A stretch of DNA of 64,000 bases from an uncultured Alphaproteobacteria bacterium (GCA_944390455.1 CALXPU010000002.1:12179-76178), one strand, 5' to 3'; positions 17,594 through 27,687 are shown, numbered from the stretch's first letter. Numbers and translations: made by a program. The notes: generated by a model not told the origin, from the sequence alone.

Positions 17594-19159
17594 ATGTTTG
17601 GTCAGAGGATAAACAATATATCTGTGAAACAGATGTTGTGGCACGGAAAGTTTGCGGAAGGTAGTTTTGCTTTTTTGAGCGGCGGTGTGGCTGCATTTAT
17701 CTTTCCGCCCTTTGTTTCAAATCTTTTCGGTTATGTGGCGCTGATTTTCTTTTTGGCGATGTTGTTTGAACCGAATCGGAGCAAGAAAAGTCTGTTTTGG
17801 TTGGCGTATGCATTTGGCTTTTCTTTTTATGGGGTTAGCTTTGCTTGGATATGTAATGCTTTGTTAATAGATGGGCAGAAGTTTTTAGCTTTTGTTCCGG
17901 CGGTGTTTCTTGCTATAGGGGCGTTTTTTGCTCTGTTTTGGGCTTTGCCTGCGCTTGCCTTATCTTGGGGACGTTCCATATATGCCAGAGTGCTCTTTTT
18001 TTGTAGCACTTTTGTGATTTTTGAATGGATTAGAAGTTTTATTTTTACCGGCTTTCCGTGGAATTTATTGGGAACTGCTCTTAGTTTTGATGTACGGCTT
18101 ATTCAAGGGGCAGCTTATTTCGGAACGTATGGTTTATCGCTGTTGCTGTTATTGATGCTTTCCGGGGCGGCGATGGTTGTATCTGGCTTCTTTTCTCGTC
18201 GGTTTGATGTAAAAGCATTGGCTTTTATCGGGATACCGATGTTGATATTGGGAGGTTTTGCGATAACTTACCAGCCTTTGCAAAAAGGGGATTTTACTGT
18301 TCGTTTAGTGCAACCGAGTATTCCTCAAACATTTAAATGGAACAGGCAAATGGCTGAGGATAATTTTCATCAATATATCAATTTAAGTAAAAGCCAGCCT
18401 TTTGGTAATGTTCGTTTGGTGGTATGGGGAGAAACGGCTAGTCCTTTCTATTTAGATAGAGATGAACAACATTTGCAAGAAGTAACTGCTGCTATTCCTG
18501 AAAACGGCTTTTTGATTACGGGGTTATTACGTGCCGGAATGGAAAATGGTGTTTTTGTGCCGTTTAATTCTATGTTTGTTATTGATAAACAAGGCAATAT
18601 TCGGGATTATTATGACAAATCTCATTTGGTGCCGTTTGGAGAGTATTTACCACTGCGCGATTATTTGCCGAGTTTTATGGAGCCTGTCGCTAATGTGGTT
18701 GGTGATTTAGGGCGAGGTGAAAAGTTTAAGAATCTTCAGGTGGCTGAATTACCTTTGATGGGTGGGGCTGTTTGTTATGAAGTTATTTTTCCTAAAGGTG
18801 TAATTAATCCGCTCCATAAGCCGGAAATATTAGTGGTGGTGGCTAATGACGGATGGTATGGAATTAGTGCCGGACCATATCAACATTTGGTGGCAGCACA
18901 GATGCGAGCGGTGGAAGAAGGGGTTACAGTTATTCGCAGTGCTAATACCGGAATTAGCGCAGTTGTTTCTCCTTATGGCGATATATATGGAAAAATTGCA
19001 TTAAATGAAATTGGTATTTCTGATGTTGATTTACCTAAACAGTTGTCTCGTGCAACACTTTATAATCGTTTCGGAAATTGGATTTTGTTAGGAATGATTT
19101 TGTTGTGTGTGGGCGTTGGATTTTTATTTTCTCGCCGTTCTGTAAAAGAAATAAAATAA
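17594..19159 (+). CDS. lnt: Apolipoprotein N-acyltransferase
   Basis: N-terminal multi-TM region with FTGFPWNLLG. C-terminal nitrilase-like domain with VVWGETA, VPFGEY and CYEVIFP. Confidence 0.9.
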   Translation: MFGQRINNISVKQMLWHGKFAEGSFAFLSGGVAAFIFPPFVSNLFGYVALIFFLAMLFEPNRSKKSLFWLAYAFGFSFYGVSFAWICNALLIDGQKFLAFVPAVFLAIGAFFALFWALPALALSWGRSIYARVLFFCSTFVIFEWIRSFIFTGFPWNLLGTALSFDVRLIQGAAYFGTYGLSLLLLLMLSGAAMVVSGFFSRRFDVKALAFIGIPMLILGGFAITYQPLQKGDFTVRLVQPSIPQTFKWNRQMAEDNFHQYINLSKSQPFGNVRLVVWGETASPFYLDRDEQHLQEVTAAIPENGFLITGLLRAGMENGVFVPFNSMFVIDKQGNIRDYYDKSHLVPFGEYLPLRDYLPSFMEPVANVVGDLGRGEKFKNLQVAELPLMGGAVCYEVIFPKGVINPLHKPEILVVVANDGWYGISAGPYQHLVAAQMRAVEEGVTVIRSANTGISAVVSPYGDIYGKIALNEIGISDVDLPKQLSRATLYNRFGNWILLGMILLCVGVGFLFSRRSVKEIK

Positions 19160-19271
19160 TAAAAAATGCTTTTAAATTAAACTGATAGCTGTGTAAAAAT
19201 GTTATTGCAACTTATAAATTAATAGTGTATGAAATTGAGTATTAATTGTATTTTAGTGCAGGAGAAAAAAT

Positions 19272-19772
19272 ATGTCGCGCGGACGTAAAAAAAACTCAGG
19301 TAATTCGGGAGATGATATGGGAAACGATGCTATAAACGATACAAGCATAGGACCGATTGATGTGCATGTCGGCGCACGTATTTGTGCTCGTCGTAAACTT
19401 TTGCAACTTAGTCAAAAACAAATGGCAGAAAAGTTGGGAATTACTTTTCAACAAGTGCAAAAATATGAAAAGGGTGTTAATCGTATCGGCGCCGGAAGAC
19501 TTTATACCATTGCGGTTATTTTGGGCGTGGATATTGATTATTTTTATAGCGGGCTTACTCCTGATCAAACCAATCAAAGCGCGGAATATAGCGATCTTAA
19601 TTTGAATTTTTTACAAGAAGATGGTAGTGAATTTAAGTCTGATCCGATGCAAGGAGCTGAGGCGGTTATGTTGTTGAAGGCTTTTTATTCACTTCCGCCC
19701 AAGGCACGTACTGCTTTGTTGATGATGTTGACTAGTCTTAAAGATAGAGAAGATCCTGATAACGATGCTTAA
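19272..19772 (+). CDS. XRE-family helix-turn-helix transcriptional regulator
   Basis: VGARICARRKLLQLSQKQMAEKLGITFQQVQKYEKGVNRI is a canonical Cro/C1 HTH. Confidence 0.85.
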   Translation: MSRGRKKNSGNSGDDMGNDAINDTSIGPIDVHVGARICARRKLLQLSQKQMAEKLGITFQQVQKYEKGVNRIGAGRLYTIAVILGVDIDYFYSGLTPDQTNQSAEYSDLNLNFLQEDGSEFKSDPMQGAEAVMLLKAFYSLPPKARTALLMMLTSLKDREDPDNDA

Positions 19773-20502
19773 TTTTAATCAAATTCCTGAAACGCCTAAA
19801 TTCTTTGGACGAAGAAAGGGGCGTGTTGTTCGTAAAGCAAAGCAATTTTTGTTAGAGAATATGTTGCCGCAAATGCAAGTTACTCCGAAAACTGATTTTA
19901 GTGCGGAGGCAATATTTGGCGGTCCTAAGAAAGAAATTTGTTTGGAAATTGGGTTTGGGGACGGTCAGCATTTGTATGGACAGGCTCTTAATAATCCGCA
20001 AAATGGTTATGTCGGTGTGGAAGTTTTTCAAAACGGCGTAGCTAATCTTTTGACCCTTATCAGCGGTATTAAAGAAGGTGATCATTTACCCGAAAGTATT
20101 GATGTGCATGATTTTAAAGTGCAAAACGTCAGAGTGTTTGATGATGATGTTCGGTTGCTCTTTAAAGCTTTACCAGATGATTTTTTTGATAAAATTTATC
20201 TTCTGTTTCCGGATCCTTGGCCAAAGAAAAAACATGCGGGAAGACGTTTTGTGAATCCTGAAAATCTTAAGGAGATTAAGCGTATTTTGAAGTCGGGTGG
20301 AATTTTTAGAATCGCAACAGACCATCCGGTTTATAAAAGACATGTTTTGCGGACAATGCATGAAGATGTTAATTTTGTTTGGACTGCAAAATGTGGAGAT
20401 GATTGGCGTAAAGAGCCGTCTGATTGGGTGAAAACGAAATATCAGCAAAAGGCTATTCGTGAAGGTAGACGGCCGGTATTTTTTGATTATAAGAAAATTT
20501 AG
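19765..20502 (+). CDS. trmB: tRNA (guanine-N7)-methyltransferase
   Basis: LEIGFGDG, FPDPWPKKKH, TDH..Y. Confidence 0.9.
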   Translation: MLNFNQIPETPKFFGRRKGRVVRKAKQFLLENMLPQMQVTPKTDFSAEAIFGGPKKEICLEIGFGDGQHLYGQALNNPQNGYVGVEVFQNGVANLLTLISGIKEGDHLPESIDVHDFKVQNVRVFDDDVRLLFKALPDDFFDKIYLLFPDPWPKKKHAGRRFVNPENLKEIKRILKSGGIFRIATDHPVYKRHVLRTMHEDVNFVWTAKCGDDWRKEPSDWVKTKYQQKAIREGRRPVFFDYKKI

Positions 20503-20512
20503 ATTTATTTAG

Positions 20513-20544
20513 AAAAAAGGTTCGGTAAAATTCCGAACCTTTTT
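20513..20544. terminator. Bidirectional rho-independent terminator
   Basis: A6, then a ggttcgg-(7 nt)-ccgaacc hairpin, then T5. It lies between convergent trmB and the 486 aa gene. Confidence 0.8.
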
Positions 20545-20565
20545 TGTTTAATATTAATTTGGCGA

Positions 20566-22026
20566 TTAACTTCGTCCGCGTACGAAGTCTATGGCAGATA
20601 AAAATAAAGTTTTCCCTTTTTGAAGAATGTCTCGCTCTTCTACTTTTTGAGTTTGAGGCGTAATTGTATCTTGAGCAAGAGTGTTGCTCTTGTTACGGGC
20701 TATGCGAACTTTACTTTCAGCAATCTCAATCGCTTTTTGATAGTTGTGATCAAGATTTTTCGCACCAGATAATTCCAATTCTTTATATTGACGTATTATA
20801 TCTGGTGTAAGAATGTTTAGCGTATACATTTCATCTACGCCATATCTCCGACTTTTTCCTGTTACCCAGTTTTTGACGGTAGAGCGGAGTAAATCATTCT
20901 TGTTTCTGGTATGTGTTATTTGAGCTCTTATATTTTGAGCTTCTCTTAATGCCATAGAACCATTTCCTTTCCAGTTAATGCTGCTGATAGCGGCGGCTAT
21001 GGCAAAAGGTGGCAGACGGGTTGCATCCAGATTTCCATTCTCATCTTTTAAATTCATACTGCGTGCAAGGGCTGCCGTAACGTGTTTGGTCTTTCCTGGA
21101 CGACCTAACTGATAAAAGGCTAAGTTGTAGTCTTCAATTTGTTGAATTAAAAGCTCTTCTGAAGGAAAAAGCTCGGTCAGGCAAAGGTAATTTTTGGTTG
21201 TATTGCTTAAGTGCACAGAATGACCAACTTTTTTACTTTTTTCTGTTTCAGTTTTTTGAATAAATGTTTTTAATTTTTGGGAAGCAATTTTTTCCCAAGC
21301 GTGATCGTTTACATATAGGCTTTTATAGACGTTTCCATGGAGAATGGCATCGCGTTCATCCATAGGACGTAAGTCTCCGTTTTCATCAAAAAATTTGTGT
21401 TCCAACTCTTTGGTTGTTTTTTCCAATGAGCCATTGGTTGTTTTTAGTAACGGTAAGACGTATTGTCTTGTTTTAGGATTGGCGGCCATATATTTTATGA
21501 ATGCTTTGATGGCGTTATCATCCATTTGTGACGGACCTTTGGTTATGCCTGTTTTGCTCATTATGCGTAAATCAATGACGTATTTACTTAATTGATCCTC
21601 ATTTGGGCGAGGATTATAGGTTTGACATTCGCTGCGATAAATAAGGCTTAAGGTATTGGCTTTTGTGACTTCGTCTTTTAAAACGCGTTTGAGTTCTATT
21701 TTGCCTGTTTTTTGATATTGGTCAGCATTGACAATATAGGTGTAATCGTTGCGATTATATGCAATAGCTTCACTATCCGAAATTTCCGGTATTTCTTCAA
21801 ATCGATGATATACTTTTTGTGCAGTTCTGCAAGTGATGGTACGACGAGAAGATGTGTCTGCATTTAATGATGCTGTGTGCTCGTCTGAAGCGGGGGCAGA
21901 TATGATAATTTCTTTTTTTGTGCTATCTGTTGATTCTGCGTGTGCTTTGTTTTCTTGCGGTAATCCGGAAAGAGCCGCTCCGGCGGCGATGATTCCTGCG
22001 CTTGCTATGTATTTTGCTTTTGACAT
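20566..22026 (-). CDS. Secreted hypothetical protein (486 aa), ORFan
   Basis: N-terminal signal-like segment MSKAKYIASAGIIAAGAALSG...AHA. No domain recognised. Confidence 0.6.
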   Translation of the reverse strand: MSKAKYIASAGIIAAGAALSGLPQENKAHAESTDSTKKEIIISAPASDEHTASLNADTSSRRTITCRTAQKVYHRFEEIPEISDSEAIAYNRNDYTYIVNADQYQKTGKIELKRVLKDEVTKANTLSLIYRSECQTYNPRPNEDQLSKYVIDLRIMSKTGITKGPSQMDDNAIKAFIKYMAANPKTRQYVLPLLKTTNGSLEKTTKELEHKFFDENGDLRPMDERDAILHGNVYKSLYVNDHAWEKIASQKLKTFIQKTETEKSKKVGHSVHLSNTTKNYLCLTELFPSEELLIQQIEDYNLAFYQLGRPGKTKHVTAALARSMNLKDENGNLDATRLPPFAIAAAISSINWKGNGSMALREAQNIRAQITHTRNKNDLLRSTVKNWVTGKSRRYGVDEMYTLNILTPDIIRQYKELELSGAKNLDHNYQKAIEIAESKVRIARNKSNTLAQDTITPQTQKVEERDILQKGKTLFLSAIDFVRGRS

Positions 22027-22303
22027 CTTGTTTATATTTTCCTCTTTAAATATAAATATTTACAACCCTTTTTATCCTTTCTTAATCTAGCATATAAAAT
22101 TTTGTTTGTCTAGGGGGTGGTTTAAATTATTGTTCGAAAACGTATGTTTATTTTGGCTTAATTTAGAATGTTTTTTAAAAGACGGTGGAAAAGTGTTACT
22201 TTTTAAAGGTAAAATTAAATTTTATGTATTAATTTCAGAAAGACTTGGAGAAGCTTGGCTTCTTTTAATGACTTAATAAAGTAATAATTTTAAGGAAATA
22301 AAA

Positions 22304-23653
22304 ATGGTATCATTAGCAGAGAAAATGGCCGCCAATATGGATGCTTCCGTATTTAGCAAAGCTACGGATTTGAAAAAGCGTCTGTTGTTTACAGTGCTGG
22401 CTTTGATTGTTTTTCGTTTGGGAACTTTTATTCCTCTTCCGGGAATTGATTCTCGCGTTTTGGCAGAAATCTTTGCCAGACATTCTAACGGAATTTTGGG
22501 CATGTTTAATATGTTTTCCGGTGGTGCATTGGAACGTATGACAATTTTTGCCCTCAATATTATGCCTTACATCTCAGCTTCTATTATCTTGCAACTTGGG
22601 CAGTCTATTGTTCCATCTTTGGCTGCGTTGAAGAAAGAAGGTGAGGCTGGACATCGTAAAATGATGCATTATACAAAACTTTTGACCGTATTGATTACAA
22701 TTGTTCAAGGTTATGGTATTGCTGTAGGTTTGATGAGTTTGGCTAATGCTGATGGTTCAAGTGCTGTTGTGATTGCACCTTATACTTTCATCTTCTCAAC
22801 AATCGTATCTTTGACCGGTGGTACAATGTTCATTGTATGGTTGGGTGAACAAATTACTTCTCGTGGTGTTGGTAATGGTTCTTCCTTGATTATTACCGTT
22901 GGTATTATTGCTAATATTCCGTCCGCTATTGCTCAGACTTTGGAATTGGGACGTATCGGTTCTATGTCTCCATTGGTTATTTTGGGCTTGTTTGTTATGA
23001 GCATTGTTTTGGTGTTCATTATTTTGAAAGTGGAAATGGCTCAAAGAAGAATTTTGGTTCAATATCCAAAGCGTCAAGTTGGGTTGCGTATGACTTCTGC
23101 TGAAAGTTCTCACTTGCCGTTGAAAGTTAACCCGACAGGTGTTATTCCTCCGATTTTTGCCAGTGCATTGTTGCTGTTGCCAATTACTATCGCTAATATT
23201 TGGTCTAATAATGGACCAGAGTGGGTACAGACTTTGAGTAGATATCTTAATCATGGTCAACCTTTATATTTGGCTTTGTATGCTTTCTTGATTGTGTTCT
23301 TTGCTTTCTTCTATACCGCTGTTGTGGTTAATCCGGAAGAAACAGCCGAGAATTTGAAAAAACATGGTGGCTTTATTGCTGGTATTCGCCCAGGTAAAAA
23401 TACAGCGGAATATCTTGATTATGTTGTTACCAGATTAACCGTGCTTGGTGCTTTTTATTTGGCTGCATTGTGTATTTTGCCTGAAATCTTGATCGCAAAA
23501 TTGTCTGTTCCATTTGTTTTGGGTGGTACAACGTTGCTCATCGTTGTTCAGGTGACCATGGACTTTATTACACAAGTTCAGTCTCATTTGATTGCTTATC
23601 AATATGAGGGACTTTTGAAAAAAGCTTCCTTGGTTAGCAAAAGGAAAAAATAA
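22304..23653 (+). CDS. secY: Preprotein translocase subunit SecY
   Basis: Full-length SecY pattern: RLLFT..LIVFRLG..IPLPGID, GGALERMTIFALNIMPYISASII, WLGEQITSRGVGNG. Confidence 0.97.
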   Translation: MVSLAEKMAANMDASVFSKATDLKKRLLFTVLALIVFRLGTFIPLPGIDSRVLAEIFARHSNGILGMFNMFSGGALERMTIFALNIMPYISASIILQLGQSIVPSLAALKKEGEAGHRKMMHYTKLLTVLITIVQGYGIAVGLMSLANADGSSAVVIAPYTFIFSTIVSLTGGTMFIVWLGEQITSRGVGNGSSLIITVGIIANIPSAIAQTLELGRIGSMSPLVILGLFVMSIVLVFIILKVEMAQRRILVQYPKRQVGLRMTSAESSHLPLKVNPTGVIPPIFASALLLLPITIANIWSNNGPEWVQTLSRYLNHGQPLYLALYAFLIVFFAFFYTAVVVNPEETAENLKKHGGFIAGIRPGKNTAEYLDYVVTRLTVLGAFYLAALCILPEILIAKLSVPFVLGGTTLLIVVQVTMDFITQVQSHLIAYQYEGLLKKASLVSKRKK

Positions 23654-23656
23654 ATA

Positions 23657-24328
23657 ATGACGAATAAAAATTTATTTGTTGTTTTTACCGGCGCGCCCGG
23701 GTGCGGAAAAGGCACCCAGGCTCGCATTTTGTGTGATAAAACGGGAATTTGCCACTTGTCAACTGGTGAAATGTTGCGTGCTGAAATCAAAAAAGCCACA
23801 CCGTTGGGCTTGGAACTCAAAGAAGCTCTTGATAATGGTGGGTTCGCATCAGATGATTTGATTATTCGCATGGTTGAAGAGCGAATCGGACAAGAAGATT
23901 GTCAACATGGTTTTTTGTTGGATGGATTTCCTCGTACATTGGTTCAAGCTGAAATTTTGGCAGATATGCTCAAAGCAAAAAAACAAAAATTAGACGCTGT
24001 TATTGAAATTCAGGTTCCAGATGAGATTATTATGGAACGAATTTTAGGGCGCTATGCTTGTATGAAATGTGGACGTGGCTATCATGATAAATTTTTGAAA
24101 CCAAAAGTTTATGGCGTTTGTGATGAATGCGGTGGCGTTGAGTTTTCTCGCAGACAAGACGATAATCGTACCACGGTACATAATCGTTTGGTTAATTTTA
24201 GAGCCTATACATATCCGACAATTCCTTTTTTTGAAAAAGAAGGGTTGCTCAGGTGTGTTGACGGAACGGGAACAATTGAGGCGGTTGCTGCAAAAATTGA
24301 AAGAGTTTTGGGAATTGCTGAAGCGTAA
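23657..24328 (+). CDS. adk: Adenylate kinase (Cys4 zinc lid)
   Basis: P-loop GAPGCGKGTQ, GFLLDGFPRT, lid CMKCGRGYH...CDECGG. Confidence 0.95.
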   Translation: MTNKNLFVVFTGAPGCGKGTQARILCDKTGICHLSTGEMLRAEIKKATPLGLELKEALDNGGFASDDLIIRMVEERIGQEDCQHGFLLDGFPRTLVQAEILADMLKAKKQKLDAVIEIQVPDEIIMERILGRYACMKCGRGYHDKFLKPKVYGVCDECGGVEFSRRQDDNRTTVHNRLVNFRAYTYPTIPFFEKEGLLRCVDGTGTIEAVAAKIERVLGIAEA

Positions 24329-24400
24329 CGATTCGTTTGGTTCTGAATTAATAATTTATTAAAAATGTGTAATTTTTTTGTATTTTTTTTAAAAGAAGTG

Positions 24401-24428
24401 TTGACTCTAAGAAATTATGCCCTATAAT
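24401..24428 (+). promoter_or_regulatory. Sigma70-like promoter upstream of rpsM
   Basis: TTGACT (24401-24406), 16 nt spacer, TATAAT (24423-24428). Confidence 0.55.
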
Positions 24429-24499
24429 CCGCATTAATTTTGAAGAGTGGTGATCAACTTTTTGAATGGTTTAATTGTTTAAATAAATGGAGAGTTAAT

Positions 24500-24868
24500 T
24501 TGGCTCGTATAGCTGGTGTAAATATTCCTTCTGCCAAGAAATTGGAGATCGCATTGACCTCTATCTATGGTATCGGAAGAGAAACAGCACAGATTATCTG
24601 TGCAAAAGCGGGCGTTGCTGCTGATCGTCGTGTACAAGAATTGTCCGATGAAGATATTGCAAAAGTTCGTGAAGTAATTGATAAAGACTACCTCGTTGAA
24701 GGTGAACTTCGTCGTGAAGTTGCTGTAAACATTAAGCGCTTGATGGATTTGGGCTGCTATCGCGGTCTTCGCCATCGTAAAGGTTTGCCTGTTCGTGGTC
24801 AGAGTACTAAACAAAATGCGAGAACCCGTAAAGGTAAACGCAAGACTGTGGCTAACAAGAAGAAATAA
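24500..24868 (+). CDS. rpsM: 30S ribosomal protein S13
   Basis: ARIAGVNIP...YGIG...[27 protein letters not shown] start with GGAGAG 5 nt upstream; the upstream ATG at 24440 is unlikely. Confidence 0.95.
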   Translation: MARIAGVNIPSAKKLEIALTSIYGIGRETAQIICAKAGVAADRRVQELSDEDIAKVREVIDKDYLVEGELRREVAVNIKRLMDLGCYRGLRHRKGLPVRGQSTKQNARTRKGKRKTVANKKK

Positions 24869-24879
24869 GTGAGGTAGTG

Positions 24880-25263
24880 ATGGCAAAAACAGTTATTAAA
24901 AGAAAAGAAAAAAAGAACATCACATCCGGTGTCGCTCATGTAAATTCTACTTTCAATAATACACGAGTAACAATTACGGATGCTCAAGGTAATACAGTTT
25001 CTTGGTCTACAGCCGGTGCTCAAGGCTTTAAAGGTTCCAGAAAATCTACTCCTTATGCTGCTCAAGTAGCTGCTGAAGAAGCTGGTAAAAAAGCTCAAGA
25101 AAATGGTATGAAGACACTTGAAGTTGAAGTTAAAGGACCAGGTTCTGGTCGCGAATCCGCAATCAGAGCATTGCAGGTTATCGGCTTTACCATTACTTCT
25201 ATCCGTGATGTGACTCCAATTCCACATAACGGCTGCCGTTTAAGAAAACGCCGCAGAGTTTAA
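24880..25263 (+). CDS. rpsK: 30S ribosomal protein S11
   Basis: [48 protein letters not shown]. Confidence 0.95.
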   Translation: MAKTVIKRKEKKNITSGVAHVNSTFNNTRVTITDAQGNTVSWSTAGAQGFKGSRKSTPYAAQVAAEEAGKKAQENGMKTLEVEVKGPGSGRESAIRALQVIGFTITSIRDVTPIPHNGCRLRKRRRV

Positions 25264-25338
25264 TTTTTTGTCGCAGAGGAAGGTTTACCTTCCTTCTGCT
25301 TGTTTTATTGCGTATAAATCTATTAAGAGGGTATTCCG

Positions 25339-26349
25339 GTGATTCAGAAAAATTGGCAAGAACTTATAAAACCAACTAATCTAGAGGTTGTTCCAGGCGA
25401 AGGCAGGAATGTTGCTAAGATAGTTGTAGAACCTTTAGAAAGAGGTTTTGGTTTAACTCTCGGTAACGCATTAAGAAGAGTTTTATTGTCTTCTTTACAG
25501 GGTGGTGCGGTTACTGCAGTAAAAATTGACGGCGTTTTACATGAATTTTCGGTTATCGAAGGCGTTCGTGAAGATGTTACCGATGTTATCCTGAATATCA
25601 AAGGACTCGCTGTTGCTGTTCATTCTGAAGGACAGAAAACAATGCGCTTAAAGGCTGAAGGTCCTATGGTTGTTACAGCTGGTATGATTGAAACAGGTCA
25701 TGATGTTGAAATTATGAATCCTGAGCATGTTATTTGTACTTTGGATGCTGGTGCTAAAATTTCTATGGAATTGATTGTTGGTACTGGTAAAGGTTATGTT
25801 CCGGCTGTTCAAAACAAAACACCTGATGCTCCAATCGGTGTGATTGCAGTTGATGCTATTTATTCTCCGGTTAGAAAAGTTTCTTACAAAGTTGAGAAAA
25901 CTCGTGTTGGTCAAAATACAGATTATGACAAGTTGACAATGGTTGTTGAAACAAATGGTGTTGTTTCTCCTGAAGATGCTGTTGCTCTTTCTGCTAGAAT
26001 CTTGCAAGACCAATTGAAACCGTTTATTAACTTTGATGAGCCAGAAAGCGAAGTTGAAGATGTTAAAGAGGAGCTTCCTTTCGATAGAAACTTGTTACGT
26101 AAAGTTGATGAACTTGAATTGTCAGTTCGTTCTGCTAACTGCTTGAAGAATGATAATATCGTTTATATCGGTGATTTGGTTCAAAAAACTGAAGCTGAAA
26201 TGCTCAGAACACCTAACTTTGGTAGAAAATCTTTGAATGAAATTAAAGAAGTTTTGGCAAAGATGGGTATTCACTTGGGTATGGAAACTCCAGGTTGGCC
26301 GCCTGAGAATATTGAAGAATTAATTAAAAAATGTGATGAACATTTTTAA
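25339..26349 (+). CDS. rpoA: DNA-directed RNA polymerase subunit alpha
   Basis: GTG start. Motifs [24 protein letters not shown], and C-terminal domain [23 protein letters not shown]. Confidence 0.97.
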   Translation: MIQKNWQELIKPTNLEVVPGEGRNVAKIVVEPLERGFGLTLGNALRRVLLSSLQGGAVTAVKIDGVLHEFSVIEGVREDVTDVILNIKGLAVAVHSEGQKTMRLKAEGPMVVTAGMIETGHDVEIMNPEHVICTLDAGAKISMELIVGTGKGYVPAVQNKTPDAPIGVIAVDAIYSPVRKVSYKVEKTRVGQNTDYDKLTMVVETNGVVSPEDAVALSARILQDQLKPFINFDEPESEVEDVKEELPFDRNLLRKVDELELSVRSANCLKNDNIVYIGDLVQKTEAEMLRTPNFGRKSLNEIKEVLAKMGIHLGMETPGWPPENIEELIKKCDEHF

Positions 26350-26372
26350 GAGAATCTAAAATATTGTGTGAG

Positions 26373-26400
26373 AGAGCTGGATAACTTCCGGCTCTTTTTT
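26373..26400 (+). terminator. Rho-independent terminator directly after rpoA
   Basis: agagctgg-ataactt-ccggctct hairpin running into T6. Confidence 0.75.
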
Positions 26401-26532
26401 GTATTCCGAAATCTACGCGTCGGATGAAAAGGAATTTTTTGATTTGATTGGAGATTTGAGTGGGAAATTGATAGATTTGGTTTGTGTTTTTGGAAGGCTA
26501 GTTTATTTCTTTATATGAATGAGGAGTAGATT

Positions 26533-27687
26533 ATGGAATTGTCAAAAAATATCTTTGATTATGCATCGAGTGAATTAAGTCAAGATGCTTTTTTGTGTTG
26601 GGTTTTTGCTTATTTATCTGATAAAAATGATAACGATGTTAAATCTTATGCACGATTTTTGTTAAAGCAAGCAGGCTTGCCTAAAAGTGTGTGTAGGGGA
26701 GAATTTAATAATTTAAGAGTAGAGCAACAAGTTGTTTGCGGAGCTCACGGAAGGGCAGATATTGTATTATCGTGGCAACATGATGATAATAAATTTGCAT
26801 TGGTTATAGAAGATAAAGTTAATTCCGGTGAAAATAGAAAAGATCAGCTTCTGGGGTATGTAGAAGAAATAAGCTCCAATTATGATTTTGTTTATGGTAT
26901 TTATGTCAAAACAGGATTTATATTTGCCGATGAAGAGCAAGTGATAAAAGGTAATTTGCAAAAAAATGATAAATTTCGCCTATATGCTTTGTTGAGAACA
27001 AAAAGAGATAATCCATTTCTTTTTGATCAAGAAGTGAATAATCCTATACTCAGAATTTGGTTGGATTATATTGACGGTATTCATAATAGAGAACAAAAAC
27101 TTTGGTTGTCTGACTTAGCGCAATGGCAAGAAGAGTGGTATAATGATGAAGTACGAAAGAAAAATTATCTTTGCCTTTTGGAAAGATTGAAAGATTTTGT
27201 AAAAATAAAAGAAACAGAAAAAATTTCGGCTTGGGTTGATGAACATGGAACCCCACAGCTTGAGCTATTTAGAAACGATCATCTTCTTATGCAGACAAGT
27301 ATTAATGTCATAAGTTATGGTATTTATGTCGGTATATATTTGTGTGTTAAAGAAAAAAACGTATTTTGTAAAATCAGAACACATTTTGGAAAACAAGATA
27401 GCAAGGATAAGAGTTATGTATATTGCACTCATAAAGATATTAGAGATATTTTGGCTAAATACGCAGGAGATGAGCGAAAACTTATTCAAAATGTTATAGA
27501 TAAATGGGAAGAATTAAATCAGCAGTATTTTGGAAGTCATAAAAGACCGTTTGATATTAATAATACCAGATCTAATTTAGAAGTGGCATCTAGACAATTT
27601 GAGCTTTCCGATAAGGGAATTAGAGATTTGAAAGAATATGTAAAAAAACAAATATGTAAGATGAAGCAATTTGAGAAAACAGAATAG
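26533..27687 (+). CDS. PD-(D/E)XK nuclease-superfamily protein (PDDEXK_4-like N-terminal half)
   Basis: ELSQDAFLCWVF..., GRADIVL, LVIEDKVNSGENRKDQLLGY give the D...(D/E)xK core followed by QL.GY. The C-terminal ~190 aa is unassigned. Confidence 0.65.
   Translation: MELSKNIFDYASSELSQDAFLCWVFAYLSDKNDNDVKSYARFLLKQAGLPKSVCRGEFNNLRVEQQVVCGAHGRADIVLSWQHDDNKFALVIEDKVNSGENRKDQLLGYVEEISSNYDFVYGIYVKTGFIFADEEQVIKGNLQKNDKFRLYALLRTKRDNPFLFDQEVNNPILRIWLDYIDGIHNREQKLWLSDLAQWQEEWYNDEVRKKNYLCLLERLKDFVKIKETEKISAWVDEHGTPQLELFRNDHLLMQTSINVISYGIYVGIYLCVKEKNVFCKIRTHFGKQDSKDKSYVYCTHKDIRDILAKYAGDERKLIQNVIDKWEELNQQYFGSHKRPFDINNTRSNLEVASRQFELSDKGIRDLKEYVKKQICKMKQFEKTE

Noticed and set aside
24479-25227. 135 aa and 142 aa minus-strand ORFs overlapping rpsM and rpsK.
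   Set aside because: They are antisense to two universally conserved ribosomal protein genes. The compositionally odd translations (Phe/Ser/Cys-rich) indicate shadow ORFs.
24869-25338. Missing rpsD between rpsK and rpoA as a possible deletion.
   Set aside because: Absence of rpsD from this position is the normal arrangement in Alphaproteobacteria, so it is taxonomic signal rather than an anomaly.
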